DNA of 64,000 nucleotides from Candidatus Krumholzibacteriia bacterium (GTDB taxonomy: Bacteria; Krumholzibacteriota; Krumholzibacteriia; Krumholzibacteriales; Krumholzibacteriaceae). Of this stretch, positions 1 through 9,961 are shown piece by piece (the first letter of the stretch is position 1; each line of letters opens with the position of its first letter). The notes beneath the pieces are model-generated. The model did not search any database. It saw only the letters and a list, made by a program, of their open reading frames with translations, and was not told where the DNA came from. The DNA lies in contig CAWIIQ010000001.1 in NCBI GenBank assembly GCA_963836185.1, positions 1,920,001 through 1,984,000 on the forward strand. The letters are read 5' to 3'. The position numbers were made by a program, and so were the translations under genes.

Positions 1-1183
1 TACCGATACCGAGGGCAAGCCCGCCGAAGGTAATGATATTTAGCGTGAAGCCCCCGAAATACATCAATCCGAATGCCGCCAGGATCGAAATCGGTATGGC
101 GGTGGCAATAATAAGCGTACTCGATATATTGCGCAGAAAGAGAAAGAGGATCATGACGGCGAGGATGCCGCCAAGCAGAATGGCTAACCCCATGTTGCTG
201 ATCGACTGCTTGATATATCTCGAGGTATCTATCAGGGCGATCAGCTTGAGCTGCGGCATATCACGGTTGATCCGGTCCATCTCGGCCCAGACTTCCCGTG
301 CGACGTTCACCGTGTTCGCGCCTGACTGCTTGCTGACCGAAATGCGCAGCCCAGGTTTCCCGTCGATGCGCACGATCTGACGGATCTCTTCCCACGAGTC
401 GACAACGTCCGCTACGTCCCTGATCTGGATCGGGGAACCGTCACGGTCAGCAATGACCGTGTTGCGGATCTCATCGATGGTTCGATACTCTCCCTGGGTG
501 CGGACGAGCACCTCGAGATTCCCTTTATCGTACAGTCCTGCCGGCACGTTCCGGTTCTCACTGCCCAGCGCACTGATGATGGCATCGGTCGATATCCCGA
601 GCGCCTTGATCTCGGCAGCGTGCAGATCTACATGTATCTCCCTGTTCAGGCCGCCGCGTATATCGACAGCCGCCACGCCCGGCACGCGTTCCAGCCGGTA
701 TTTCACCTGGTCCTCGACGATCTGCCGGAGGTCGAGCGGATTGAGGCTGCTCGAGACTCCAAGGTACATCACGGGGAAGGCCGAGAGATCGAACTTCCGG
801 ATCATCGGGCGCTCTATATCCTCGGGCAGCCTTCCCATAACGCGGTCGATGCGGTCGCGGATGTCATTGGCCGCCACGTCGAGCTCGGTGCCCCACGCGA
901 AAGCGACGCGTACCCGGCTTCGCCCCTCGGTGGACGTCGATGTGATTTCCTCGACTCCCTGAACGGCAGCCAGGGCCTCCTCGATAGGCCGGGATACAGA
1001 CTCCTCGATCTCTTGCGGGCCGACATTGGGGTAATCTGTGACAACGGAAATAGTGGGAAAGGTGATCTCAGGCATGAGATCGATCGACAGTCGGCTGAAC
1101 GAGACGATGCCGAGAGCGATGACCACGAGGAATATTATTGTCGTCAGAACAGGACGGTTTACCGGGCCCCTTGAGATATTCAT
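1..1183 (-). CDS. RND efflux permease (AcrB family), 3' part outside the window
   Basis: Not in the ORF track because there is no stop in the window. Reverse strand from ATG at 1183 reads MNISRGPVNRPVLTTIIFLVVIALGIVSFSRLSIDLMPEITFPTISVVTDYPNVGPQEIEE, a typical AcrB-family N-terminus; ATGA overlap with the upstream adaptor gene. Confidence 0.93.
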   Translation of the reverse strand, partial: MNISRGPVNRPVLTTIIFLVVIALGIVSFSRLSIDLMPEITFPTISVVTDYPNVGPQEIEESVSRPIEEALAAVQGVEEITSTSTEGRSRVRVAFAWGTELDVAANDIRDRIDRVMGRLPEDIERPMIRKFDLSAFPVMYLGVSSSLNPLDLRQIVEDQVKYRLERVPGVAAVDIRGGLNREIHVDLHAAEIKALGISTDAIISALGSENRNVPAGLYDKGNLEVLVRTQGEYRTIDEIRNTVIADRDGSPIQIRDVADVVDSWEEIRQIVRIDGKPGLRISVSKQSGANTVNVAREVWAEMDRINRDMPQLKLIALIDTSRYIKQSISNMGLAILLGGILAVMILFLFLRNISSTLIIATAIPISILAAFGLMYFGGFTLNIITFGGLALGIG

Positions 1184-2346
1184 CGGTCGCTTTCCCCTCC
1201 AGGACCTGACTCTTCATCCAGCATGACCGGGCTTCCGTCGTCGAGGAGGTGCTGGCCCATGGTCACAACGCGCCCCGAAATAAGCGGTTCGATTATCTCT
1301 GTAACATCGGCTGTGACTATCCCTGTTGTTACCTTCACAAAGCGGGCGACCACCCCACCATCAGGGATGACGAACAGCACTGTCTCCCCGCCCCGCTCCA
1401 CGACAGCCGAACTCGGTACGAGCTGCGCATCGTCTTTCTCCGCCGTTGTCACCTCTATTCGAGCGAACATTCCCGGCTTGAGCATGTACGATCCGTTGTA
1501 GACCTCTACTTCCATCTCCGCCATGCGGGAGGCTTCCTGCATCATCGGCGCTACCCGTGCCACGGTCCCGGAAAAACGCGAACCCTGGAATGCATCGACC
1601 AGCACGTCTGCGGGTTGTCCCTGTTCGATGCGACCGTAATCACGCTCGGTGATCGTGGTCCGCACTATGACCGAATCGATTCCGACTACGAGGACCACGG
1701 CAGTGTTGGGCGCCAGCAGCGCGCCCTCGTCCACAAAACGCTCGCCGATAAAGCCGGCGCTCGAAGCTGTCAGACGCGTGTAGCTGAGCCTGATCCTCGA
1801 TGATTCGAGGGCTGCCTGCCGCTGCTCCACCTGGGCCAGCGCCAGCTGGTACCTGGCCTGCCGCCCCTCGAAATTAGTAACGGCAGTCTCTAGTTCAGCG
1901 GTCGTGGCCAGTTCCCTTGATTCCAGTGACTTCAACCGTTCCTTCTCCTGGCCGGCAAGCTCCAGCTGGCTGCGCGACTCGGCCATCGATGCCTCGGCGA
2001 TCCTGAGGTTTGCCTCCGATTCACGGATCGCCTGCTGATATTCAGCGTCGTCTATCTTCGCTATCAGCTCACCTGCCTGAACAGGGTCCCCTATGCGCTT
2101 GTTGATCTTTATGACCCTGCCCGATATCTTCGGGGCGAGAACGTACTGGTTGTAGGGGAATATGGTTCCTGTGAAACTGCGGACCTCCGCTATCGGCCCG
2201 AAGGTCACGGAAGCGACCTCGACCGCGACAGCGGGACGTGGACCATCTATCTGGCCTCCGCCGGTCTTTTCCATGATCAACAGCGTCAATCTGAATCCAA
2301 GAAAGACGATAACGAGACTGGCGACTATGATGAGCCATTTCTTCAT
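1180..2346 (-). CDS. RND efflux periplasmic adaptor (membrane fusion protein)
   Basis: N-terminal TM, lipoyl-like motif APKISGRVIKINKRIGDPVQAGELIAKID, coiled hairpin, LKPGMFARIEV. Start MKKWLII chosen because a GAGG RBS precedes it. Confidence 0.93.
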   Translation of the reverse strand: MKKWLIIVASLVIVFLGFRLTLLIMEKTGGGQIDGPRPAVAVEVASVTFGPIAEVRSFTGTIFPYNQYVLAPKISGRVIKINKRIGDPVQAGELIAKIDDAEYQQAIRESEANLRIAEASMAESRSQLELAGQEKERLKSLESRELATTAELETAVTNFEGRQARYQLALAQVEQRQAALESSRIRLSYTRLTASSAGFIGERFVDEGALLAPNTAVVLVVGIDSVIVRTTITERDYGRIEQGQPADVLVDAFQGSRFSGTVARVAPMMQEASRMAEMEVEVYNGSYMLKPGMFARIEVTTAEKDDAQLVPSSAVVERGGETVLFVIPDGGVVARFVKVTTGIVTADVTEIIEPLISGRVVTMGQHLLDDGSPVMLDEESGPGGESDR

Positions 2347-2466
2347 ACGTTTTTTGACCTCAGGTAAATATTTATCCAGATTCCATCTATCGGAAAGAAT
2401 ACACAATTACTGTAGCTACAAACGCATTAGAAGGATAAAACTTGCCGGATTTTTTGATCGGCAGGT

Positions 2467-3288
2467 TCAGTGTTCAGGGTAGACTGCTTTCACTATATAG
2501 CCGCCGGAGCGCTTGTCGTGCTCGAGTTCGATCAATCCCTGGCGTTCCGCTGCCTCGAGCATCTGCTTGAATCCCCGGAAACCGAAGTAGGACTCGTTGA
2601 ATCCCGGCCTGCGCCTCTTAAGGGTCTGCTTGACCATCGATCCCCATATCTTTTCCTCATCCCCACGTTCCTCGATCAGCGCATCGACGGTTTCCACGAT
2701 AAGATCCAGCCCCTGCTGAAGCTGCTCCTCCTCTTTCTTCGCCTTGGACTTCTTCTTGTCCTTGGTCTTTGTCACCGGCGCTCGTTTGCGTGAGCGCCCC
2801 TGCCGTTCCTCTTTTCGGACGAGATCGTCGTAGAAGATGAACTCATCGCAGTTCGCGGCAAGAAGGTTGGAGGTCGAGTTTTTGACACCCACCCCGATCA
2901 CGGTCTTGTTGTTCTCCCGAAGCTTGCTGACCAGAGGCGAAAAATCGGAATCGCCTGAAAGTATGACGAAGGTATCGACATGAGGTTTGGTGTAGCAGAG
3001 ATCGAGAGCATCGACGACCATGCGGATGTCGGCGGAATTCTTGCCGGTCATCCTGACATGCGGGATCTCGATCAGTTCGAACGCCGCCTCATGCATCGGC
3101 TGCTTGAATTCCTTGTACTTCTCCCAGTCGCAGTATGCCTTCTTGACTATGATCGTGCCTTTGAGCAGCAGGCGCTCGACTACCTTGGCAATCTCGAAGT
3201 CATCGTAATTGGATTCACGGGTGCCGATCGCGATATTCTCGAAATCACAGAAAACAGCGAGGTTTGCGGTCGAAGTATTTTCCACCAT
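2467..3288 (-). CDS. NYN (PIN-like, LabA/DUF88) domain protein with C-terminal OST-HTH/LOTUS domain
   Basis: AVFCDFEN, GKNSADIRMVVDA, SGDSDFSPLV, ANCDEFIFYD; C-terminal PGFNESYFGFRGFKQMLE. Confidence 0.92.
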   Translation of the reverse strand: MVENTSTANLAVFCDFENIAIGTRESNYDDFEIAKVVERLLLKGTIIVKKAYCDWEKYKEFKQPMHEAAFELIEIPHVRMTGKNSADIRMVVDALDLCYTKPHVDTFVILSGDSDFSPLVSKLRENNKTVIGVGVKNSTSNLLAANCDEFIFYDDLVRKEERQGRSRKRAPVTKTKDKKKSKAKKEEEQLQQGLDLIVETVDALIEERGDEEKIWGSMVKQTLKRRRPGFNESYFGFRGFKQMLEAAERQGLIELEHDKRSGGYIVKAVYPEH

Positions 3289-3468
3289 GATATTGACTCC
3301 AGTACGTCTATCGCCGGTCCGTTCAGAATGTCACCGCGGGGGATGTCCCCGCTCTCAAGTGTCCTCATACCCTCGCCGACAGTATAGCAGTGATATCCCC
3401 CGGCGCAACCAGCACTTCTTGAAAATTCCATCATTGGATGATATTTCGGTGCTTTCTATTTAAAGCGA

Positions 3469-3500
3469 CAGGAAGCTCCCGCCCAGCCGGGAGCTTCCTG
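3469..3500 (-). terminator. Stem-loop after the sulfatase gene, probable intrinsic terminator
   Basis: CAGGAAGCTCCCG / CGGGAGCTTCCTG perfect 13-bp inverted repeat about 40 nt past the stop; weak U-tract. Confidence 0.65.
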
Positions 3501-3537
3501 ATAAGACTATTGCCGTCACCCGGTCACTCGATCTGCA

Positions 3538-5142
3538 TCAATGCCCCGGTGGAGTCAGCTTCTCCATGACCTTATCGATCGTGAAGCTGGCCGCCTCCTG
3601 TCGCGGCGGGAACTCCTCGAACGTCGCGAGGAATTTGCCGACGTACGCCTGAGCCGGTATCAGCAGGAAGGCGTGGTCAAGGTACCAGTCCCAGTAGGTA
3701 TTCGAGGTGATGCTCGCCTTCTCGTACGGATCGGTGCGAAGGTTGAACAGCCAGGGGATCCTGGTCATTACGTATGGCTCGCCCCAGACCAGCATCGTGC
3801 CGTCAGCCCGCTGCTGAGCGAATACGACCTTCCAGTTGTCATAGCGCATAGCGGTCAGATCACCGTCATCGCTGAAATAGATGAACGACTCCCTTGGACT
3901 CTTATCCTCCTTGCCGGTAAGGTAGGGCAGCAGGTCATAGCCGTCGATATGGACCTTGAACTTCTTTTTTCCGGCCTTGAAGCCCTTCTTCAGCTTCTCA
4001 CCTATGTCCGGTTCGCCGGCTATCGCCATGAATGTGGGCAGCCAGTCCATGTGAGATACGATCTCGTTGGACACGGTACCTGCTTCGATCTTGCCCGGCC
4101 AGCGAACTATCGCCGGCACGCGGTAGGCGCCTTCCCAGTTGGAGTTCTTCTCGTTGCGGAATGGCGTCATGCCTCCATCGGGCCACGTATTCATATGCGG
4201 ACCGTTGTCGGTGCTGTAGAAGACAATCGTATTCTCACTCAAACCGAGTTCATCGAGTTTATCGAGCACCGTTCCGACGTTCTGGTCATGATCGATCATT
4301 GCATCGTGATAGGGGCTCTGCCAGCGTCCGGACTGTCCCTGGCTCTCCGGCTTGACATGCGTGCGGAAGTGCATGTGCGTGAAATTCACCCATACAAAGA
4401 AAGGTTTGCCCGATTTGTGCTGTTCCTCGATGAACTTCACAGCCCTGTCCGCCACGTCGTCGTCAATCGTTTCCATCCGTTTTTTAGTCAGGGGGCCGGT
4501 GTCCTCGATCTTCTGACTGCCATCCTCAAGTCCATAACTGTGGATGACACCCCGGGGGCCAAACCTCTTCCGGAATTCGGGATCCTTCGGATAATCAGGC
4601 AGTTCCGGCTCTTCCTCGGCGTTGAGGTGATAGAGGTTGCCATAGAATTCGTCGAATCCGTGGTTAGTGGGCAGGTGCTCGTCCTTGTCCCCAAGATGGT
4701 TTTTGCCGAACTGGCCCGTTGCGTAGCCCATCGGCTTGAGAAGTTCGGCGATCGTCGGATCCTTCTCATGCATACCGAGATCGGCACCTGGCAGCCCGAC
4801 TTTGCTCAGGCCGGTACGGAAAACGCTCTGCCCGGTGATGAATGCCGATCGGCCGGCGGTAGAGCTCTGCTCAGCGTAGTAATCGGTAAACATCATCCCT
4901 TCTCTGGCGAGACGGTCGATGTTGGGTGTCTGATACCCCATCAGCCCCCTGGTGTAGCAGCTCAGGTTGCTCTGTCCGATATCATCACCCCAGATCACGA
5001 CGATGTTCGGACTTTTCGCAGCAGGCGGGGTCTCTGCCCTCGTCTTCTGCGGCGATACGGCAATGACTGAGGCCGTGGCGAGGACCGTCCCCACTAGTGC
5101 CCAGCTGCCGGCTCTCCTTATTTTCAAAGGAGTTACTGACAT
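3538..5142 (-). CDS. Exported arylsulfatase, Ser-type (SxAxR)
   Basis: Signal peptide; PNIVVIWGDDIG; EQS-STAGR-SAFITG formylglycine motif with Ser; GKNHLG; STDNG. Confidence 0.95.
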   Translation of the reverse strand: MSVTPLKIRRAGSWALVGTVLATASVIAVSPQKTRAETPPAAKSPNIVVIWGDDIGQSNLSCYTRGLMGYQTPNIDRLAREGMMFTDYYAEQSSTAGRSAFITGQSVFRTGLSKVGLPGADLGMHEKDPTIAELLKPMGYATGQFGKNHLGDKDEHLPTNHGFDEFYGNLYHLNAEEEPELPDYPKDPEFRKRFGPRGVIHSYGLEDGSQKIEDTGPLTKKRMETIDDDVADRAVKFIEEQHKSGKPFFVWVNFTHMHFRTHVKPESQGQSGRWQSPYHDAMIDHDQNVGTVLDKLDELGLSENTIVFYSTDNGPHMNTWPDGGMTPFRNEKNSNWEGAYRVPAIVRWPGKIEAGTVSNEIVSHMDWLPTFMAIAGEPDIGEKLKKGFKAGKKKFKVHIDGYDLLPYLTGKEDKSPRESFIYFSDDGDLTAMRYDNWKVVFAQQRADGTMLVWGEPYVMTRIPWLFNLRTDPYEKASITSNTYWDWYLDHAFLLIPAQAYVGKFLATFEEFPPRQEAASFTIDKVMEKLTPPGH

Positions 5143-5248
5143 GCATTTCCTCCTCTTCCATGAATTGTATAGAGTCTCATTATGAGTTATTGCTAATGAT
5201 TCTTCTCTGAAGCGATATTAGAGCATTTCCCAGAATTTTCAATTTCTA

Positions 5249-5998
5249 TTATTTATTTTCTATCAGGTAATCCAGGATCTTCTCCGCCAGAATGAAACTG
5301 GAGATCCGGGACAGGCCGCCGCTTCGCATCAACTGCTTCTTCAGTGAGTCGGAATCTGTCCCGTGCGCACTGGCGATCTGCGCGATACGCTCCTCGACAT
5401 CCCTGTCGTCGACATCGATTCCGTCGCGGCGGGCGACGGCGCCCAGTATAAGGAGGAGTTTAACGCGGGCAAGGGCGGCGTTCCATTCATCACTCTCCGG
5501 CTCCGCTCCCTCCAGCCCGTCAAAGAGAAGCTCCTGCCTTACAAGTTCATCGGGGACATCGAACTCTGTATGTTCGAGCAGGAATTCGGATATCTCGTCG
5601 CGCATCCCTTCATCTGAATCGGCCCCGAGGACCAGAGCGCATGTGTCGGGCAGCGTAAAATCGGGCAGTTCAGTGAACTCGGCCATAAAGCTGATCGGCC
5701 CGCCGTATTCGACCGATATCTCCATGATCCCTACCGGGCCGGTCGTTGTAATACCTTCCGCCTCCAGGGCAGCCCTCGCTATACGTCCGGCGCACCGGAT
5801 ACCGAGGTCCTCGAGGATCGGCTCCATGAATTCCTTCTCTACCATCGCTTTCGGAGCTTTGCCCGGCCTGAAACCGGGAACGGGAAGCTTTGCGTACTCG
5901 GAGAGAAGGTCCCTGTAATCGGGCTCTATCTTCTCCCACTCCGCCTCGATAAGGGCCTCTCTTCTGCCGCTTCCGATATCCTTAACCGATACCTTCAT
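5249..5998 (-). CDS. Short trigger-factor-like chaperone (N- and C-domains, no FKBP/PPIase domain)
   Basis: Real start MKVSVKDIGSG at 5998 overlaps the anSME stop (ATGA). Ribosome-binding signature VPGFRPGKAP; C-domain-like FDVPDELVRQE...RVKLLLILGAVARRDGIDVDDRDVEERI; only 249 aa. Confidence 0.85.
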   Translation of the reverse strand: MKVSVKDIGSGRREALIEAEWEKIEPDYRDLLSEYAKLPVPGFRPGKAPKAMVEKEFMEPILEDLGIRCAGRIARAALEAEGITTTGPVGIMEISVEYGGPISFMAEFTELPDFTLPDTCALVLGADSDEGMRDEISEFLLEHTEFDVPDELVRQELLFDGLEGAEPESDEWNAALARVKLLLILGAVARRDGIDVDDRDVEERIAQIASAHGTDSDSLKKQLMRSGGLSRISSFILAEKILDYLIENK

Positions 5999-7260
5999 CT
6001 GACGACTCCCTCTTTCGGCTCCCGTCCCATGTCGCGGATTATCCTCTGGACGTGCGGGTCGATATGACGGAAATACCGTTTCAATCCTGAGCAGAGGTAG
6101 TTCAACCCCCGTTCCCCCTCGGGAGTTCGGATGAACCTGTTCTTCGGGCACTCGCCGGCGCAGGCGAAGAGGTAATCGCAGCGGCGACACTGGCCGGGCA
6201 GGGATAAGTCCTTCGCAAACCCGAATCCCTCCTGCCTCTCGGACAGTACCATCCGGTCGATCGGTTCCTCGTTGATGCTGCCGAGCCTGTACTCGGGATA
6301 GACGTAATGATCGCACGAGTAGACGCTCCCGTCATGCTCGATTGCGACACCCTTCCCGCATATCGGCCCGAATATGCAGAGCGGCGATATCTGTCCCATC
6401 CACTGGGCGACGGCGGACTCGAAGAATGTCACAAAATGCCTGCCGATATCCTTTTCCCGCCAATCATCGAATATCGCGATGAGAAAATCGCCGTAATCGT
6501 CGGGGTCGACGCACCAGTCCTCGACTACCGATTCGGGAGTGCCCGGCCTCGCACGGGGGTCGTCTATGTCGGGCACGAGAAAATCGGGCCATCTCTGCGG
6601 AGCCGTGTCCCGGAATATCTTCGGCTCGACTATCGGGATAAACTGCATCCTCTCCGGGCCGACCTCGTCGCGCAGGAAACGATATACCTCGAGCGGGCGC
6701 TTTCCGGTGATCCGGTTGACGCAGCTCAGTGTGGCGTACCTCGTCTTGTGCTTCCTAAGGAGTTTCGAAGCGCGGAAGACGTCGTCGAACGACCCTCTCC
6801 CGTCCTTGTATGTGCGGTATTGGTCGTGCAGTTCCTTCGGGCCGTCGATACTCAGTCCGACGAGAAAATCGTTCTCGGCAAGAAACGAGCACCAGTCATC
6901 GTCAAGAAGGGTCCCGTTCGTCTGAAGATCGTTCTCCACCCTCATCCACGAAGGGGCGTACTTCTTCTGCAGTTCCACGACCTTCACGAGGAAGTCGAGC
7001 CCCAGCAGTGTCGGCTCCCCTCCCTGCCAGGAGAAAACGACCTCTTTGAAGTTCTGGCCCTCTATATACTGGCGTATGAACTTCTCGAGGATCTCGTCGC
7101 TCATCCTCCATTTACTATCCGTTGAGAGCAACTGTTCCTTGTGGAGGTAGAAGCAGTAGTCACAATCGAGGTTGCAGACTGGCCCGAGGGGCTTGGCCAT
7201 CGCATGCATCCTCACGACAGGCTTCCCCCTGAAAACACGTTTCTTTCTCTCTTCACCCAT
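5995..7260 (-). CDS. Anaerobic sulfatase-maturating radical SAM/SPASM enzyme (anSME, AtsB/ChuR family)
   Basis: AKPLGPVCNLDCDYCFYL, WQGGEPTL, LQTNGTLL, SIDGP; SPASM cysteines CDHY...CRRC...CAGECPKNR...LNYLC. Start uncertain (7260 or 7290). Confidence 0.95.
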   Translation of the reverse strand: MGEERKKRVFRGKPVVRMHAMAKPLGPVCNLDCDYCFYLHKEQLLSTDSKWRMSDEILEKFIRQYIEGQNFKEVVFSWQGGEPTLLGLDFLVKVVELQKKYAPSWMRVENDLQTNGTLLDDDWCSFLAENDFLVGLSIDGPKELHDQYRTYKDGRGSFDDVFRASKLLRKHKTRYATLSCVNRITGKRPLEVYRFLRDEVGPERMQFIPIVEPKIFRDTAPQRWPDFLVPDIDDPRARPGTPESVVEDWCVDPDDYGDFLIAIFDDWREKDIGRHFVTFFESAVAQWMGQISPLCIFGPICGKGVAIEHDGSVYSCDHYVYPEYRLGSINEEPIDRMVLSERQEGFGFAKDLSLPGQCRRCDYLFACAGECPKNRFIRTPEGERGLNYLCSGLKRYFRHIDPHVQRIIRDMGREPKEGVVR

Positions 7261-7554
7261 AAGATTTGCAGCGTACTCTTTCGGTGCCAAGTTGTCTAGA
7301 GCACTGTGTGGGGACAGGTCCGTACAATTCCATCAATTACGATTTCTTACAATTAATAAGAAATATCTCATTTTGTTCTTGTGTTTTCATACTGATAGGG
7401 TATACTGCTCCTGAAACGGATCGATTCGGGATACTGACCGAAATTGACGATAAACGAGACCTATCAAGTTGATCTTCTCTTTAGGGGCCTTTAAATCTTC
7501 CGAAAAAATATCTGTTTGATGCAATATTCGTTTGAGCCCTTTGAGGAGGCTGAC

Positions 7555-7845
7555 ATGAAGATCTATGTAGGAAACATGAACTTCGATACGACGGAAAGCG
7601 ATCTCAGGACCGCTTTTGAGGCGCACGGCACAGTAGATACCGTGAACATAATCACCGACAGGGACACCGGCAGAGCCAAAGGATTTGGTTTCGTCGAGAT
7701 GTCCAATGATACCGAGGCACAGGCTGCCATCGACGCCCTGAACGACAAAGAGCTGCAGGACCGTACGCTCAAGGTAAACAAGGCAAAGCCCCGTACGGAC
7801 AACCGTGGCGGCGGCGGTGGCGGATACGGCAGGGACCGCTACTAG
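7555..7845 (+). CDS. RRM RNA-binding protein with Gly-rich tail
   Basis: RNP2 KIYVGNM, RNP1 KGFGFVEM, GGGGGGYG tail; GAGGAGG RBS. Confidence 0.96.
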   Translation: MKIYVGNMNFDTTESDLRTAFEAHGTVDTVNIITDRDTGRAKGFGFVEMSNDTEAQAAIDALNDKELQDRTLKVNKAKPRTDNRGGGGGGYGRDRY

Positions 7846-7901
7846 AGCTGACCCGAAAGTAACCGTGCGCTGCAGATAGGGCGGCACACCGGTAAATATA
7901 G

Positions 7902-7940
7902 AGAGGGAAGCAGGTCAAGCCGGCTTCCCTCTTTCTGTTT
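7902..7940 (+). terminator. Intrinsic terminator between the convergent RRM and MFS genes
   Basis: AGAGGGAAGC / GCTTCCCTCT stem followed by TTCTGTTT. Confidence 0.75.
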
Positions 7941-9112
7941 ATTGCAGTCTGGGTTTTGCCACGAATGAGACCAGAAGCAGGCCGACGAGGCTCATAGCCG
8001 CGCCGAAAGCGAATGTAGCCGAAGGTGATATCTGCTGCCAGAGGATCCCAGATATAAGGCCCCCCGGGAGAGCGGCAAGGCCGATCGTCGAGTGGAATGC
8101 TCCGAGCGATGTCGCCTTCAGATCTGGCGGGGCGAGGTCGGCGACAAAAGCCCTCTGCACCCCGTCGATCATCCCGTAGAAGATGCCGTATAGGACGAAG
8201 CATGTCAGGACCATCCACGGGGTGGCTGAAAGCAGGAGCAGGACCGATATCACCCCGAAGAAGGGATAGCAGAACATCAATATTGGTTTACGGCCTATCC
8301 GATCCGAGAGTGCACCGGCGGGGATCGAGACGATCGTATAGACTATGTAGAATATCGCATAGAAGAGTATCGCCCTCACGTCGGCCAGCCCGACGTCCTT
8401 CGCCCGCAGTAGCAGGAAGGCATATCCGAAATGTCCCAGGGTAAATACAGCCGTGGCGAAGATGTAGAGCTTGAGGTTCGCTGGCAGGGCGCGGAAACTT
8501 ATCTTCCGCTTTTTTCTCCTCTGAATGCTCTGCTTCTTTCCTGCCGTTCTTTCGCTTCTCGATGATAAGCAGGGTAAAGAAGATCGCGATGATCCCGGGA
8601 ATCACCGCTACGAGGAATAGATTCCTGAATCCAAGCAAAGGCAGGAGCAGGAAGGCGGCGACTGCGCCTAGCACCGAACCGATCCCGTCCATCGCCCTGT
8701 GAAAGCCGAAGGCCTTTCCCCTGTTCTCCTGCTCGACCGACTCCGCGACCAGGGCATCGCGCGGTGCGTTGCGAAGCCCCTTCCCTATCCTCTCGGTGAG
8801 CCTTATCCCGAGAACGCCGCCTACCGAACCGGCCACAGCGAAGAGAGGTTTTGCAAGGGCGCTGAGTGCGTACCCGGCCACGACGAACGGCTTGCGCCTG
8901 CGAAGGCGGTCCGACCATATCCCCGAGAAGGCCTTGAGGATCGATGCGATCGCCTCCGCCCCACCCTCGACGAGGCCGACCATCATCGCTCCCGCTCCGA
9001 GGACCGATGTCATATAGAGCGGCAGCAACGGAAATACCATCTGGCTGGAAAGATCGGTAAAGAGGCTGACGAGCCCGAGGAGATATACGTTCCTGAAGCG
9101 CTTGTCAGCCAT
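7939..9112 (-). CDS. MFS transporter (one frameshift near 8490-8500)
   Basis: N-half (GIWSDRLRRRK, GKGLRNAPRDALVA) and C-half (GALSDRIGRK) lie in different frames and join into one 12-TM MFS. Confidence 0.88.
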
Positions 9113-9960
9113 CAGCCTTTAACGCCTCCAAGCGTAAGCCCCGAGATGAGGAACTTGCTCAGGAGCAGGAAGAGTACTACGACCGGGATGCAGACGATCA
9201 CCGAGCCGGCTGCGTAGTTCGCCCACTCTGTCTGGAATGTCGAGCTGAGGCTCTCGAGGCCGAGCGGCAGCGTGTAGAGCCCCTGCTGGTTTATGATCAC
9301 CCTCGCTACGATGAACTCTGACCAGCCCGCCATGAAGCTGAACAGGGCCGTTATCACCAGCGCCGGAGCGGACAGCGGCATCGTCACCTTGATGAAGGCG
9401 CCGAACCTCGTCGTGCCGTCGATCATCGCTGCCTCCTCGAGGTCGACGGGGATCGTGTCGTAATACCCCTTCATCGTCCAGATGCAGAAAGGAAGTGCCG
9501 TCGCCGTGTAGGCGATGATGATCCCGAGAAGGGTATCGACGAGATGGAACTTCGACATGATGATATATAGCGGCAGCAGGAGCATCGTCGCGGGGAACAT
9601 CTGCGTTACGAGGATAGCGATCATCCCCTGCTTGCGCCCCTTGAAGTGGAACCTCGAGAATGCGTACCCCGCCGTCGAGGCGAGCGAGACTCCAAATATC
9701 GAGACTGCCACGGCGACGATCACCGAGTTTCTCAGCCAGGTGAAGAAGTCCTTCTCGAAGAGCACTACCCGGTACGCCTCGAAGCTTGCGTTCTCGGGGA
9801 TTATTCTCAGAGAGGTCGAGTAGAGCTCATTGGCCGGGCGGAGCGATATCCCGAATATCTGCACGATCGGATAGACGGTGATCAACGTTATCACGACGAG
9901 CAGGATATAGACGAGTGTCGTCTCTATCGTCTTCTTCGCCTTGCTGTGTTTCTTTACCAT
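9112..9960 (-). CDS. malG: Maltose/maltodextrin-type ABC permease, MalG-like
   Basis: GYAFSRFHFKGRK, QMFP, MKGYYDTIPVDLEEAAMIDG EAA loop, SGLTLGGVKG end. Confidence 0.88.
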   Translation of the reverse strand: MVKKHSKAKKTIETTLVYILLVVITLITVYPIVQIFGISLRPANELYSTSLRIIPENASFEAYRVVLFEKDFFTWLRNSVIVAVAVSIFGVSLASTAGYAFSRFHFKGRKQGMIAILVTQMFPATMLLLPLYIIMSKFHLVDTLLGIIIAYTATALPFCIWTMKGYYDTIPVDLEEAAMIDGTTRFGAFIKVTMPLSAPALVITALFSFMAGWSEFIVARVIINQQGLYTLPLGLESLSSTFQTEWANYAAGSVIVCIPVVVLFLLLSKFLISGLTLGGVKG

Positions 9961-9961
9961 C

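Noticed and set aside
3541-5070. Long antisense ORFs (also 15239-17200, 30070-31044, 59984-61075)
   Set aside because: Shadow frames of GC-rich genes; no motifs or RBS.
5995-7260. Radical SAM/SPASM as a RiPP maturase
   Set aside because: Sequence matches anSME and a Ser-type sulfatase substrate is adjacent.
7315-7360. TACG/CGTA words upstream of anSME as a second copy of the 21805 operator
   Set aside because: No palindrome of matching sequence or spacing.
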